Shown: piece by piece, positions 29,723-39,816 of the stretch
Layout: the number at the start of each line of letters is the position of its first letter
Numbering within the stretch: position 1 is the stretch's first letter
Source: an uncultured Candidatus Brevefilum sp.
GTDB lineage: Bacteria > Chloroflexota > Anaerolineae > Anaerolineales > Anaerolineaceae
DNA length: 64,000 bases
NCBI GenBank assembly: GCA_964643275.1
Contig: CAZXRL010000001.1
Coordinates: 728 to 64,727 of the forward strand
Reading direction: 5' to 3'
Made by a program: the position numbers and the translations under genes
Notes under the pieces: generated by a model
What the model was told of the DNA's origin: nothing
What the model saw: the letters and a program-made list of their open reading frames with translations, nothing else
The model's database searches: none

Positions 29723-30001
29723 ATGGAATCAGTACTGAAAATCAAAGTCGCCCACCCTGCTGGACTGCATGCCCGGCCCGCTTCGCTGTTCGTTCAAACC
29801 GCCAATAAGTATTCCAGCGAGGTCTCTGTTCAGAATCTCACAGATAAGAGCGAAGTCGTAAATGCAAAGAGCATCCTAAGTGTATTAACTCTGGGTGTAA
29901 TGCAGGATCATGAGGTTGAAATCGTCGCTAAAGGCGATGATTCTGCTGAAGCTACTGAGGCATTGAAGGCACTGATTGAAGATAATTTTGGAGAAAAATA
30001 A
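29723..30001 (+). CDS. ptsH: HPr phosphocarrier protein
   Basis: GLHARPA, NAKSILSVLTL. Confidence 0.9.
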   Translation: MESVLKIKVAHPAGLHARPASLFVQTANKYSSEVSVQNLTDKSEVVNAKSILSVLTLGVMQDHEVEIVAKGDDSAEATEALKALIEDNFGEK

Positions 30002-30472
30002 ATGGAGTCACTGGGCAAACTCCTTGTCGAATCTGCCATCATACTGAATTATCCAGCGGAAGACGCAGCGGATGTAGTCTCAGCCCTGGGTGAAAAGCTA
30101 TACGAAGCCGGATACGTCAAAGAAACCTTCGTTGAAGCAGCCCTTGCACGTGAGAAATCAATGCCGACCGGGCTCCCCCTGCTTGGTGATACCAATGCCG
30201 CAATTCCACACACGGATGTAGAACATGTGATCAAGGCCGGCGTGGCGCTGGCTACTCTCCCTCAACCGGTGATTTTCCATAATATGGCAATTCCGGATGA
30301 GCAGGTCGAAGTGAAACTGGTCTTTCTTCTGGCCCTGGATCAGCCAAAGACCCAAATTACAATGCTTCAGGAAATCGTTGGCGTTTTACAGGATCCGGAT
30401 CTGATTGAAAAAATCATGCAAATAGAAAAACCTGAAGATGTTCTTGGATATGTCTCAGAGGCAACAAAATAA
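30002..30472 (+). CDS. PTS EIIA, galactitol class
   Basis: REKSMPTGL, AIPHTD. Confidence 0.9.
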   Translation: MESLGKLLVESAIILNYPAEDAADVVSALGEKLYEAGYVKETFVEAALAREKSMPTGLPLLGDTNAAIPHTDVEHVIKAGVALATLPQPVIFHNMAIPDEQVEVKLVFLLALDQPKTQITMLQEIVGVLQDPDLIEKIMQIEKPEDVLGYVSEATK

Positions 30473-30555
30473 ACCAACCCTTTTTGAAATCATGTTCAAA
30501 ACATTATAGAATAAGGTAATAAATATCATCAAAGTTCATTATCAGGAGGATGACA

Positions 30556-30843
30556 ATGGTAGGAAAGAAAAACATCTTGGTGGCTTGTGGGACCGCAATT
30601 GCGACTTCAACTGTCGTAGCAAAAGCCATTGAAGAAGCGCTGTATGATCGTGGAATCAGTGTCAACATGCGTCAGTGCAAGGCTTCAGAAGTGCCCAGCC
30701 TGGCTGACGATGCTGACTTGATCGTTACTACAACGCCTGTCTCCGTAGATCGAGATATCCCGGTCATTCAGACCCTGGCGTTCCTGACAGGTATTGGAAA
30801 GGAGGAAGTTATCGAGCAAATTGTTGATGCACTAAAAGATTGA
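30556..30843 (+). CDS. PTS EIIB, galactitol class
   Basis: ILVACGTAIATSTVV, FLTGIG; AGGAGG RBS. Confidence 0.9.
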   Translation: MVGKKNILVACGTAIATSTVVAKAIEEALYDRGISVNMRQCKASEVPSLADDADLIVTTTPVSVDRDIPVIQTLAFLTGIGKEEVIEQIVDALKD

Positions 30844-30880
30844 CTGTCTAAATCCAATATTATTTTCACAGGAGAGATAA

Positions 30881-32296
30881 ATGTTAGATTCAATTCTTGC
30901 TGGAATAAAGTTATTCTTTGATACCTTTGGCGCGACGATCATGCTGCCGATCATCATCATCATCCTGGCATTGATCCTTGGCGCAAAATTTGGGCGTGCA
31001 TTCCGCGCAGGCGTCACGGTGGGTATCGCCTTCATTGGTATCAACCTGATCATCGGTTTGATGTGGGGTTCATTGTCCAATGTGGGACAGGCTCTTGTCA
31101 CCAACCTGGGGATCCAGAGGTCCGTCTACGATGTCGGGTGGCCGTCGGCAGCTGCCATTGCTTTTGGCACCGATGTCGGTCTGGCCGTTATCCCCGTGGC
31201 CTTGCTGGTGAACCTGGTCCTGCTCCTTACCCGGCTGACCAAAACCCTCAATGTGGATATCTGGAACTTCTGGCACTTCGCATTCCTTGGTTCCCTGGTC
31301 GCCATTGTCACTGACAGCCTGGTTTATGGCCTGATCGCTGCTGCCATAGCGGCCGCTTTCGCGCTCTTCCTGGCCGACTGGACCGCTAAAGCTGTGCAGT
31401 CCTTTTATAACCTGCCGGGCATTTCCATTCCCCACCTGACCACCGCACCAGGCGTTCCCTTTGCAATCGCTGTAAACTGGGTCTTCGAGAAGATCCCCGG
31501 ATTGCGCGATATGAAAGCCGATCCTGATACGATCCGCAGGAAATGGGGACTCTTTGGTGAGCCCGTTATCCTCGGTCTGGTCATTGGTTTGATCCTCGGT
31601 GTACTGGCTTATGCCTTCAATGTTCCCGAAGGTCAGTCAGCGATGGTCACCATCAGCATGATCTTGGGCGTTGGTATGGATCTCGCTGCTGTTATGCTGC
31701 TTCTGCCCCGCATGGTTGCCATCCTGATGGAAGGTCTGATCCCCGTCTCAGAAGCTGCCCGCGAATTCATGCAGAAACGTGCTTCAGGCCGTGAGATTTA
31801 CATTGGCCTCGACTCTGCAATCCTGATCGGACACCCCGCAGCCATCTCGACCGCGTTGGTACTGGTCCCGATCGCCATCTTGCTGAGCCTGATTCTGCCC
31901 GGCAACCAGGTCATTTTGTTCGCTGACCTCGCGATCATCCCGTTCGTTGTCGCCCTCTTTGCACCGCTTATGAAGGGCAATATCGTAAGAATGATTATTG
32001 CCGGTACCCTTGAGCTGGCTGTTGGTTTCTATATCGCCACCAGCATGGCCCCCATCTTCACCCAGGCCGCAGTTAACGCTGGCTTTAGCATGCCCGAGGG
32101 TGCGGTCCAAATCACCAGCATCGGCGACGGTTTCCTCTGGCCCGTCTGGTTGTTCACCAACCTGACAAAATGGCTGGGCGGCGCAATCGGCATTGCAGTC
32201 GTTGTCGTCCTTCTCGCTGTCGTCTGGTTCTTCTACCTGCGCAATCGTAAAGCCTGGGAACAGGCCGCTGGTGCTCCCGTAGAAGAAAGCGCTTAG
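30881..32296 (+). CDS. PTS EIIC, GatC family
   Basis: DVGWP, TKTLNVDIWNFWH, LLPRMV.ILMEGL, YIGLDSA. Confidence 0.93.
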   Translation: MLDSILAGIKLFFDTFGATIMLPIIIIILALILGAKFGRAFRAGVTVGIAFIGINLIIGLMWGSLSNVGQALVTNLGIQRSVYDVGWPSAAAIAFGTDVGLAVIPVALLVNLVLLLTRLTKTLNVDIWNFWHFAFLGSLVAIVTDSLVYGLIAAAIAAAFALFLADWTAKAVQSFYNLPGISIPHLTTAPGVPFAIAVNWVFEKIPGLRDMKADPDTIRRKWGLFGEPVILGLVIGLILGVLAYAFNVPEGQSAMVTISMILGVGMDLAAVMLLLPRMVAILMEGLIPVSEAAREFMQKRASGREIYIGLDSAILIGHPAAISTALVLVPIAILLSLILPGNQVILFADLAIIPFVVALFAPLMKGNIVRMIIAGTLELAVGFYIATSMAPIFTQAAVNAGFSMPEGAVQITSIGDGFLWPVWLFTNLTKWLGGAIGIAVVVVLLAVVWFFYLRNRKAWEQAAGAPVEESA

Positions 32297-32319
32297 TTCA
32301 TACACACTTGTTCATAAAT

Positions 32320-32351
32320 AAAAGGGACGGTGAAATAACACCGTCCCTTTT
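32320..32351 (+). terminator. intrinsic terminator
   Basis: AAAAGGGACGGTG / CACCGTCCCTTTT. Confidence 0.85.
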
Positions 32352-32374
32352 CAAAATCAATATGAGAGGTTTAA

Positions 32375-32770
32375 ATGATTAATGCCATCATCCGAGGCAG
32401 CCTTGGCAGTTTCAGTGAAGCCTTACTGGATTTTTATCTCAACAATGCCCTCTGGATCAATTTTCTGGTTCTGGCTTACGCGCTGATCATTTTCATATCA
32501 AAACATGCCAATCAAAAGATCAGTCAGGCTGTCAAGCAATCATTGATCGAGAAATATGGGCTTGAGATCGCGCAAAAAAATGAACGCTGGTTTATCAAGA
32601 CCCTGGAAAGAGACAACATCGACTGGCAGGCGATCTCCCGGCAAACCTGGATTCCCATCATATCAAAAAAAGGTTCCTGGGGATTTCGCATCAAGAATGC
32701 TGACACTTTGAAAACGATATATACCCCTCAGGCGATCAAAGCCTTGTTTCAGGCTGATCCTCATGATTAG
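32375..32770 (+). CDS. hypothetical single-TM protein
   Basis: GAGG RBS, one hydrophobic segment, 131 aa. Confidence 0.65.
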   Translation: MINAIIRGSLGSFSEALLDFYLNNALWINFLVLAYALIIFISKHANQKISQAVKQSLIEKYGLEIAQKNERWFIKTLERDNIDWQAISRQTWIPIISKKGSWGFRIKNADTLKTIYTPQAIKALFQADPHD

Positions 32771-32832
32771 AACTAAAAACTGTTTAGGAATGTTTGGGGG
32801 AAATAAATCAATCCTGACCGATTGATATTGAT

Positions 32833-33018
32833 TCAGAAGTTTCTTTTTTGGGCTTTGCGGATAGCCTTCTTTTTAGCGATCCGGCGCTGCTCACTCTTTG
32901 AAATAAAGAAGCGGCGTTTGCGATTCTCAGAAAGGACCTTTGATCGGGTCACTTTTTTACGAAACCGCCGCATTAGCTGGCTGATCGATTCGTTATTTCG
33001 CTTTTCAACTTTTACCAA
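32833..33018 (-). CDS. rpsU: 30S ribosomal protein S21
   Basis: VEKRNNESISQLMRRFRKKV...RRFFISKSEQRR; AAGGAGGTG RBS, TTG start. Confidence 0.88.
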   Translation of the reverse strand: MVKVEKRNNESISQLMRRFRKKVTRSKVLSENRKRRFFISKSEQRRIAKKKAIRKAQKRNF

Positions 33019-33221
33019 ACTTCATTCACCTCCTTGATTCGCACCCGGAGAAAATGCCATATTCGGTCATCAACCAGCTTACGGTCAGGATTGAAAGCGT
33101 TAACACGCAAAAAAGCTGTTGATAACCTCTCGTAGACAGCAACTCATATAGGGCTTATTTGGTTCTCAGAGCCCGATCACCAATAATATGTGGAAAAATA
33201 AACCAGGTTGGAACCGCTGGA

Positions 33222-33250
33222 ATTATACCTGCTGGAAATTGTAACTGCAA
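33222..33250 (-). promoter_or_regulatory. probable rpsU promoter
   Basis: TTGCAG, 17 bp, TATAAT; implies a leader of about 200 nt. Confidence 0.6.
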
Positions 33251-33251
33251 A

Positions 33252-34019
33252 TTATGCCTGCCAGTATGCTTCGACCTGCAACCCAAAACGGTTACTCAGG
33301 TCTGCTTTAATCGTCTTGAGACGTTTTGGTGTGACACAGATCACAGATCCATCAGCTGCTGGTCGCTCGGTGGAATAGATCTGAACACTGGAAGGACGCA
33401 GCCTGCTCAAAACTACGGCCCATGCCTCATAAGCGTCTCCATGGATATTGGATACTATGCCATCAATCAGAACACTCTGGACCATGAGGTCTGGTAAAGC
33501 TTGGAGGCCTTCGATGATTTCATTTAAATGCAGGCCAGTGACAGGTTGATTAATTGCATAAAAAGTATTTTCGTCACCCGCATCAAGTTTCATCAAAGGC
33601 ACATCGATCATCTGCAAAGCTCTTCTGATCTGTGGATCTGTCACCCGGGATGAATTTGACAAAATGGCCAGCCGCACCTCGGGACGGAGGCGATCTTTGA
33701 TTCTTTTGACACCTTCAACAATTTCACAAAATTCTGGATGGATGGTCGGCTCACCATTTCCAGAAAAGGTCAGATAATCCAATGATCGGGGTTTCTTCAA
33801 AGCCTTCTCCACAGCCTGAAATACTTCGCTTGAGGTCGGCAAGATTGAACGATTCGGTGTACTGGTTAACGACCTTGTTCTCCCATACTGACAATAAACA
33901 CAATCAAATGAACACACCTTTTTACCAGAGGGTAACAAATTAATCCCTAATGAACGGCCCAACCTTCGAGAGAGAATCGGACCATAGATGATTCCTGACT
34001 GAAAGGGGATGCCCGACAT
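33252..34019 (-). CDS. radical SAM protein
   Basis: YGPILSRRLGRSLGINL, CSFDCVYC, FSGNGEPT. Confidence 0.9.
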   Translation of the reverse strand: MSGIPFQSGIIYGPILSRRLGRSLGINLLPSGKKVCSFDCVYCQYGRTRSLTSTPNRSILPTSSEVFQAVEKALKKPRSLDYLTFSGNGEPTIHPEFCEIVEGVKRIKDRLRPEVRLAILSNSSRVTDPQIRRALQMIDVPLMKLDAGDENTFYAINQPVTGLHLNEIIEGLQALPDLMVQSVLIDGIVSNIHGDAYEAWAVVLSRLRPSSVQIYSTERPAADGSVICVTPKRLKTIKADLSNRFGLQVEAYWQA

Positions 34020-34201
34020 TCATTTTCCTTTCTCAAGGTACGCTGTTTCATTAATTATACAGGGATCTGAGCCCCTTCGCTTAAACCACTTCTTTATCAT
34101 TTCTGAATAAGTATCCGATAAGGTTGACTCATTAAGGAGACAATCAATCTTCAAACATGTATAATTCAAACGCAGCGTTTATTAAGGAACAAGATTTTGC
34201 C

Positions 34202-34897
34202 ATGGAAGACAAACTGATCTTAATCGTTGATGACAAGTTCTCAGTTACCCGTTTGATTGCGGAGTATCTTGAGTCAAAAGGGTTCCGAACGATAGCAGCG
34301 CCAAACGGTGTTCAAGCCCTGACGGAAGCCAGGATAAATCATCCCGATCTGATCCTCCTTGACATTATGATGCCGCATATGGATGGCTATGAATTTATCA
34401 GAACTTTTCGCAAAGAGAATTCCTCCCCTATCATTGTCCTGACGGCAAAAGTTGATGAGACCGACAAGGTGATGGGGTTGTCAATCGGCGCGGATGATTA
34501 TGTGACGAAACCGTTCAGCATGGCAGAGCTGGCGGCGAGAATCGAGGCCATCCTCAGGCGGGTTGATCAACCCGTCACAGATATTCAAATGCTCCAATTT
34601 GGTTCCTTAAAAATCTACCCCGAGCAATTCCTCGTATTCATTCAGGATAAAGAAATCAAACTGACCCCTATGGAATTCAAGCTGCTGTTGACCCTTGCAA
34701 GCCATCCAGGCCGTGTGTTCACCCGCGAACAGTTACTCAGCGAAACGATGGGAGCTTCCTTTAATGCCTTGGAAAAGACTATCACCGTGCACATCCGTAA
34801 CCTCAGGGTTAAAATCGAGCCGGATCCTGCCTGCCCTATCTTCGTGCAAACAGTCTTTGGTGTTGGCTATAAGTTAAATAATGGGCTGAAGACATGA
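34202..34897 (+). CDS. OmpR-family response regulator
   Basis: LIVDD, LLDIMMP, GADDYVTKPF, TVFGVGYK. Confidence 0.95.
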   Translation: MEDKLILIVDDKFSVTRLIAEYLESKGFRTIAAPNGVQALTEARINHPDLILLDIMMPHMDGYEFIRTFRKENSSPIIVLTAKVDETDKVMGLSIGADDYVTKPFSMAELAARIEAILRRVDQPVTDIQMLQFGSLKIYPEQFLVFIQDKEIKLTPMEFKLLLTLASHPGRVFTREQLLSETMGASFNALEKTITVHIRNLRVKIEPDPACPIFVQTVFGVGYKLNNGLKT

Positions 34898-36252
34898 AGT
34901 CCCTGTCCATTCGGATAAAATTCATCCTTGCCTTTATGGCTGCTGGGCTTGCCGCTATCGCACTGGTGGGAATCTTTACATCCGCCGTGTCAAACCAACA
35001 ATTTCAGAATCTGGTTCTTGATCGTTTGATCGCAGAAATTTCCGGTTTCGTAACGGAGTATTATGCAACCCATGGATCATTGTACGGGATTGAACACCAG
35101 TTTCGTTCAGCTCAACAAAACGCCGCTTCCGGATTCGAGAATATGTTTCGATCAGGCATCATTCTCGTCCTACCCGACCGATGGATTGTATTAGGAGATG
35201 AAAATCGCCCTGCCGGGACTTACATTTCATCCGCTGACTTTCGAGACGCAAATGAAGTTATTTATAATGACGAGATCATCGCTTATCTGGTGACATTCAA
35301 TCCGCCTTTCCAACCCAACCCTCAGGAAGCACGATTTTTGGAACGTACCAACAGGGCGTTGATTTATGCAAGTCTGATTGCGGTTTTATTGGCAATTATT
35401 CTGGGGCTGATCTTCACACAAGCATTACTTAAACCTCTGGCCAACCTCAACACTGCCATCAGCAATATGAAAAATGGCGAGTTACGACAGGCTGTACCTG
35501 AGACATCTGATGATGAACTAGGAGAAGTTATTATTGGATTCAACCAGATGAGTACAGCCTTGGCCGAAGCCAATTCTCGCAGGGATCAGATGACTGCCGA
35601 TATCGCACACGAACTCCGCAGCCCATTGACGGTTATCAATGGTTATCTTGAAGCGATGCAAGACGGGTCCTTGGAAGTAACCCAGCAGAGGCTATCCTTT
35701 ATCCAAAATGAAGTCAATCAGCTAAACCGTTTGGTTGATGATCTACGCACCCTTGCTCTCGCTGATGCAGGTGAACTCGAGATCAATAAAGAAGCCATTA
35801 GTCTTCAAGCGATATTCACATATCTGGAAAACGCCCACATCCTGCAAGCAAATTCTAAAAGCATTGAATTGCTGTTTGAAAAAGAACCTTCCGCTGAGAG
35901 GATTTTCGCCGATGAGGGCCGGATTATTCAAGTCTTATCTAACCTGATCACCAATGCTATCCGCCATACACCAGAGGGAGGAAGTGTAACGATAAAGGGT
36001 TATCAACATAATAAGGATATTTCTATTGATGTCGCTGACACAGGCGAAGGCATCTCGGCACAGGATTTGGACTTGGTCTTTGACCGTTTTTATCGCGGCG
36101 ACACATCCCGTCTCTCCACCAGCGGAGAATCCGGGTTAGGTCTCAGTATTACAAAAGCTATTGTAGAAGCACATGGGGGAACGATCGATGTAAAAAGCAA
36201 AGTCGGTGAGGGGACAACTTTCACGGTCACATTACCTCATAAACCGACCTAA
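34894..36252 (+). CDS. HAMP-domain sensor histidine kinase (BaeS-like)
   Basis: two TMs, HAMP, AHELRSPL, NLITNAIR, GLGLSI. Confidence 0.95.
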   Translation: MKSLSIRIKFILAFMAAGLAAIALVGIFTSAVSNQQFQNLVLDRLIAEISGFVTEYYATHGSLYGIEHQFRSAQQNAASGFENMFRSGIILVLPDRWIVLGDENRPAGTYISSADFRDANEVIYNDEIIAYLVTFNPPFQPNPQEARFLERTNRALIYASLIAVLLAIILGLIFTQALLKPLANLNTAISNMKNGELRQAVPETSDDELGEVIIGFNQMSTALAEANSRRDQMTADIAHELRSPLTVINGYLEAMQDGSLEVTQQRLSFIQNEVNQLNRLVDDLRTLALADAGELEINKEAISLQAIFTYLENAHILQANSKSIELLFEKEPSAERIFADEGRIIQVLSNLITNAIRHTPEGGSVTIKGYQHNKDISIDVADTGEGISAQDLDLVFDRFYRGDTSRLSTSGESGLGLSITKAIVEAHGGTIDVKSKVGEGTTFTVTLPHKPT

Positions 36253-36332
36253 CTCATTATTCTTGATACCATCTGGCCGATTATGCCTGCGGCCCTTTTC
36301 CTGCCTGCCAATAGATAGAGTTTAAAAACAAA

Positions 36333-36358
36333 AGAAGGCCAACGATCAATGGCCTTCT
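36333..36358 (-). terminator. terminator between convergent genes
   Basis: AGAAGGCCA / TGGCCTTCT, T-rich run on the minus strand. Confidence 0.65.
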
Positions 36359-36381
36359 CATTACATTTTGTGTCACACAGG

Positions 36382-37422
36382 TTAGAGATAGGTTCTCAAT
36401 TTGCTCTGGTTCTGTGGGCTGCGAAGTTTTCTTAGCGCTTTCTGCTGGATCTGGCGGATTCGTTCACGGGTTACGCCAAAGATTTCTCCCAATTCCTTCA
36501 AGGTGTGGCTTCGATTGCCTTCGAGACCGAAGCGCAGTTTGATAATACTCGCCTCACGTTCTGACAACTCACCCAGGGCACTACCGATATCCTCTTCCAG
36601 CAGCGTTTGTTGAACAGAATTGAAAGGAAGTACCGCATTTTCGTTTTCGACGAAATGCAATAACTCGCTCTCACCTTCCTCGCCCACAGGCTGATCTAAT
36701 GAGATTGGCAGCCGGGCATAATGAATCAGCTGTCGAAGCTCTTCAGGACTTTGATCCACATGTTCGGAAATTTCCTCCAGTGAGGGTTGCCGGCCCAGGT
36801 TTTGGGAGAGTTCGCGGGTGACGTGACGGACTTTACGCAGCCGATTACTCAGATAATTCGGCAGGCGAATCGTACGCTCCTTCTGGTTAAGGAACCGAAG
36901 TACAGACCGTCGGATCCACCAGGTTGCGTAAGTGCTGAACCGGTTTCCGCGAGAATAATCGAACTTATCCACTGCCCGGATCAAACCGACATTCCCTGCC
37001 TGAATCAAGTCCAAGAACGAAGATCCATATCGCCGATATTTCTTTGCAATGCTGACGACCAGCCGGATATTCGCTTTGATAAGATATTCACGAGCTTCCT
37101 TACCCTCACGGATCAGGCGCATAACCTCATCGATATCCTCAATTTCACCGTCGCTTTCACTCATGGTCTGGCGTGCATGCCGCCCTGCTTCCATCTTTTT
37201 GGCTAATGAAATTTCTTCCTCTTTGGTTAAAAGAGGGACCCGACTCATTTCGTTAAGGTATAAACTTACCGAATCATCTGACGTGATACCGGTATGGTCG
37301 GAAAGATGTTCTTCATATGTCATTTCGTTCTCATCCGAATCGGTATCCGCTTCAGCGAGAAAACTTGAGAGGTTTTCATCAGCGACCATTTCTTCAGATT
37401 GTTTCGTATTTTTTGTCATCAT
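36382..37422 (-). CDS. RpoD/SigA-family sigma factor (probably a non-primary paralogue)
   Basis: DSVSLYLNEM..VPLLT, ANIRLVVSIAKKY, RFSTYATWWIR, GVTRERIRQI. Confidence 0.93.
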   Translation of the reverse strand: MMTKNTKQSEEMVADENLSSFLAEADTDSDENEMTYEEHLSDHTGITSDDSVSLYLNEMSRVPLLTKEEEISLAKKMEAGRHARQTMSESDGEIEDIDEVMRLIREGKEAREYLIKANIRLVVSIAKKYRRYGSSFLDLIQAGNVGLIRAVDKFDYSRGNRFSTYATWWIRRSVLRFLNQKERTIRLPNYLSNRLRKVRHVTRELSQNLGRQPSLEEISEHVDQSPEELRQLIHYARLPISLDQPVGEEGESELLHFVENENAVLPFNSVQQTLLEEDIGSALGELSEREASIIKLRFGLEGNRSHTLKELGEIFGVTRERIRQIQQKALRKLRSPQNQSKLRTYL

Positions 37423-37814
37423 ATTTTTTTACTCCTGATTGTTTTTCTACAAAATTGGATAATCAATTCTAGAAAAACGCGATAAAAAAGCCCTTGACAT
37501 GATATCCATTGGGTCAATGGGCTTCACTTTGTATTCAATACTCCAGAGGAGAGATATCAATTGAGTTTCTTTCTTCATATTATATCTCAGTTTCATGGTT
37601 ACTATAGCATCCTAATGTTAATATTTGATAAACATTTATAATATATCTGATGAATTACTTGTCCTTCGGTTACATTAACGCACATCGCATGACAGAAGTT
37701 CCATCAAAATGCTGAAGGCAAACGATGAATATAGCCCAATAATGCCGTAATGGTGGTTCTTAGGTTGGCGGGTATTAAATTAAAAATAATTTCTATTAAG
37801 TATGCGCTTTCGAC

Positions 37815-38858
37815 CTAAAAGAAGGAATTCCTTGACTGATGCTGGGCAATACCTGCCCCATCCAGCTTGGTTCCGCAATTCAGACATAATCCATCCTCAT
37901 CAAGGCCAACGACTCGAACAGAATATCCGTTCCGGGAAATCAGAACCTTACCGCAATTCTTGCAAGAGGTGTCAGAATGACCGCTAACGTTACCCAGGTA
38001 GACATAAGCTAACCCCACATCTTCAGCCATGGCTTTCGTTTCACTAAGGATGGAAATTTCAGTCGGTTCACAATCGGTCTTTTTATATTGCGGATAAAAC
38101 CGGCTCAGGTGCCATGGCGTTTCAGGACCAAGGTCTTCATAGATAAAGGTCGCCAATTGCCTTAGCTCTTCTGGATCATCATTCACGCCGGGGATGATCA
38201 ATGTCGTAATTTCCAACCAAATCCCCAAAGCCTTCATCAGTTTGCAATTTTCCAAAACCGGCTCCAGCCGCCCACCCATCAGACGCCGATAAGGCCCATC
38301 GGTAAAGGCCTTGATGTCAACATTGGCAGCATCCAAATAAGGTGCATAGGTTTTCAACATCTCCGGGGTCATGAATCCATTGGTAACGAAGATATTCTTG
38401 ATCCCCTCATCTTTAGCCAGCTTTGAAACATCATAGGCATATTCAAAGAAAATTGTCGGCTCAGTATAAGTATAGGCAATTACCTGACAGCGGTTCCTTT
38501 TCGCTTGCTCAACAACCCGCTCAGGAAAAACGCGTTGCGACTGAGGCATCGCCATCTCACGCGGCATTTGTGAGATCTGCCAGTTCTGGCACCAGTCACA
38601 ACGGAAGTTGCACCCTGGCGTGGCAATCGAATAGGCGCGGGATCCGGGCAGAAAATGATAGAGCGGTTTTTTCTCGATTGGGTCTACATTTTGAGAAATC
38701 AAATTACCATATACAAGCGTATATAGTTTTCCGTCCCTGTTCTCCCTGACTCGACATAAACCCCGTGCGCCTTCTTCAATCACGCAGCGATGGGCACAAA
38801 GCCCACATCGGACACAGTTTTTCTCAAGTTCGTCATATAATTGAGCTTCATGAAGCAT
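37815..38858 (-). CDS. amrS: AmmeMemoRadiSam system radical SAM enzyme
   Basis: C.LC.HRC, DPIEKKPLYHF.PG, GCNFRCDWCQNWQISQ, IAYTYTEP; start MLHEA assumed. Confidence 0.88.
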   Translation of the reverse strand: MLHEAQLYDELEKNCVRCGLCAHRCVIEEGARGLCRVRENRDGKLYTLVYGNLISQNVDPIEKKPLYHFLPGSRAYSIATPGCNFRCDWCQNWQISQMPREMAMPQSQRVFPERVVEQAKRNRCQVIAYTYTEPTIFFEYAYDVSKLAKDEGIKNIFVTNGFMTPEMLKTYAPYLDAANVDIKAFTDGPYRRLMGGRLEPVLENCKLMKALGIWLEITTLIIPGVNDDPEELRQLATFIYEDLGPETPWHLSRFYPQYKKTDCEPTEISILSETKAMAEDVGLAYVYLGNVSGHSDTSCKNCGKVLISRNGYSVRVVGLDEDGLCLNCGTKLDGAGIAQHQSRNSFF

Positions 38859-38945
38859 AGATGGACTTTCCAAAAATGATGTGCTTACTTTAATGATATT
38901 CGATTCAATCCGTCAATTCAACCTGGCTTTACCCATCAGGAGTTT

Positions 38946-39746
38946 ATGATGTCATTTCAAATCGCAATGGTGCAATTTGCACCTGTCCGGAAAAATATTA
39001 GTGCCAACATCCGATCAATTCAGAACCTCCTTCACGGAGTCCGGGCGGACTTAATCGTCCTTCCTGAATTGGCGAACAGCGGTTATTTATATAACGGTAA
39101 AAACGCACTTAGGGGTATTGCTGAAGAATCGGATGGTAAAGGCCCGTTCCTTTCCGCAATTCAGGACCTGGCCACCGCGTCCAACGCAGTTATTGTTACA
39201 GGTTACGCAGAGAGGGCTGGGCAAGACCTCTTCAATTCTGCAGCAGCTGTCTCACCCGAGGGAGTGCTGGTCAACTACCGGAAAACACATCTCTATAACA
39301 CAGAATCTGACCTGTTTTCCAAAGGTGACACCGGATTTGTCACGTTTTCCTGGCGTGATGTGGAAATTGGGATCATGATTTGCTTCGACTGGATATTTCC
39401 GGAATCCGTCCGGACACTATCCCTGGCCGGCGCACAGATCATCGCTCATCCTGCGAACCTGGTACTCCCCTATTGTCAGGATGCAATGATCACTCGCTCG
39501 ATTGAGAATCGTGTTTTTACGATCACGGCCAATCGGACTGGCCACGAAAAATTGAGAGGTGCCAGGCTGACTTTCACCGGTAAATCTCAAATGACAAGCC
39601 CAAAAGGAGAAATCCTGTTTAGAGGACCGAAACAAAAGTCCACAGTCCACATCACGGAAATCGATCCAAAAGATGCGCTGGATAAACTTGTATCTAAAAA
39701 GAATAATATTTTCGCAGACCGCAGACCAGAACTCTATGACCTGTAG
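38946..39746 (+). CDS. carbon-nitrogen hydrolase (nitrilase superfamily)
   Basis: LPEL, YRKTHL, ICFDW catalytic triad. Confidence 0.92.
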   Translation: MMSFQIAMVQFAPVRKNISANIRSIQNLLHGVRADLIVLPELANSGYLYNGKNALRGIAEESDGKGPFLSAIQDLATASNAVIVTGYAERAGQDLFNSAAAVSPEGVLVNYRKTHLYNTESDLFSKGDTGFVTFSWRDVEIGIMICFDWIFPESVRTLSLAGAQIIAHPANLVLPYCQDAMITRSIENRVFTITANRTGHEKLRGARLTFTGKSQMTSPKGEILFRGPKQKSTVHITEIDPKDALDKLVSKKNNIFADRRPELYDL

Positions 39747-39768
39747 AAAACCGTGCGAGTTAATCAGA

Positions 39769-39799
39769 AAAGAGCCGGCGCTTTTTGAACCGGCTCTTT
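39769..39799. terminator. bidirectional terminator
   Basis: AAAGAGCCGG / CCGGCTCTTT between convergent genes. Confidence 0.75.
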
Positions 39800-39816
39800 G
39801 AGTTATGCCAACAAAA

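Noticed and set aside
37815-39746. Complete AmmeMemoRadiSam system
   Set aside because: Only the radical SAM gene is here; AmrA/AmrB-like genes are not in the window.
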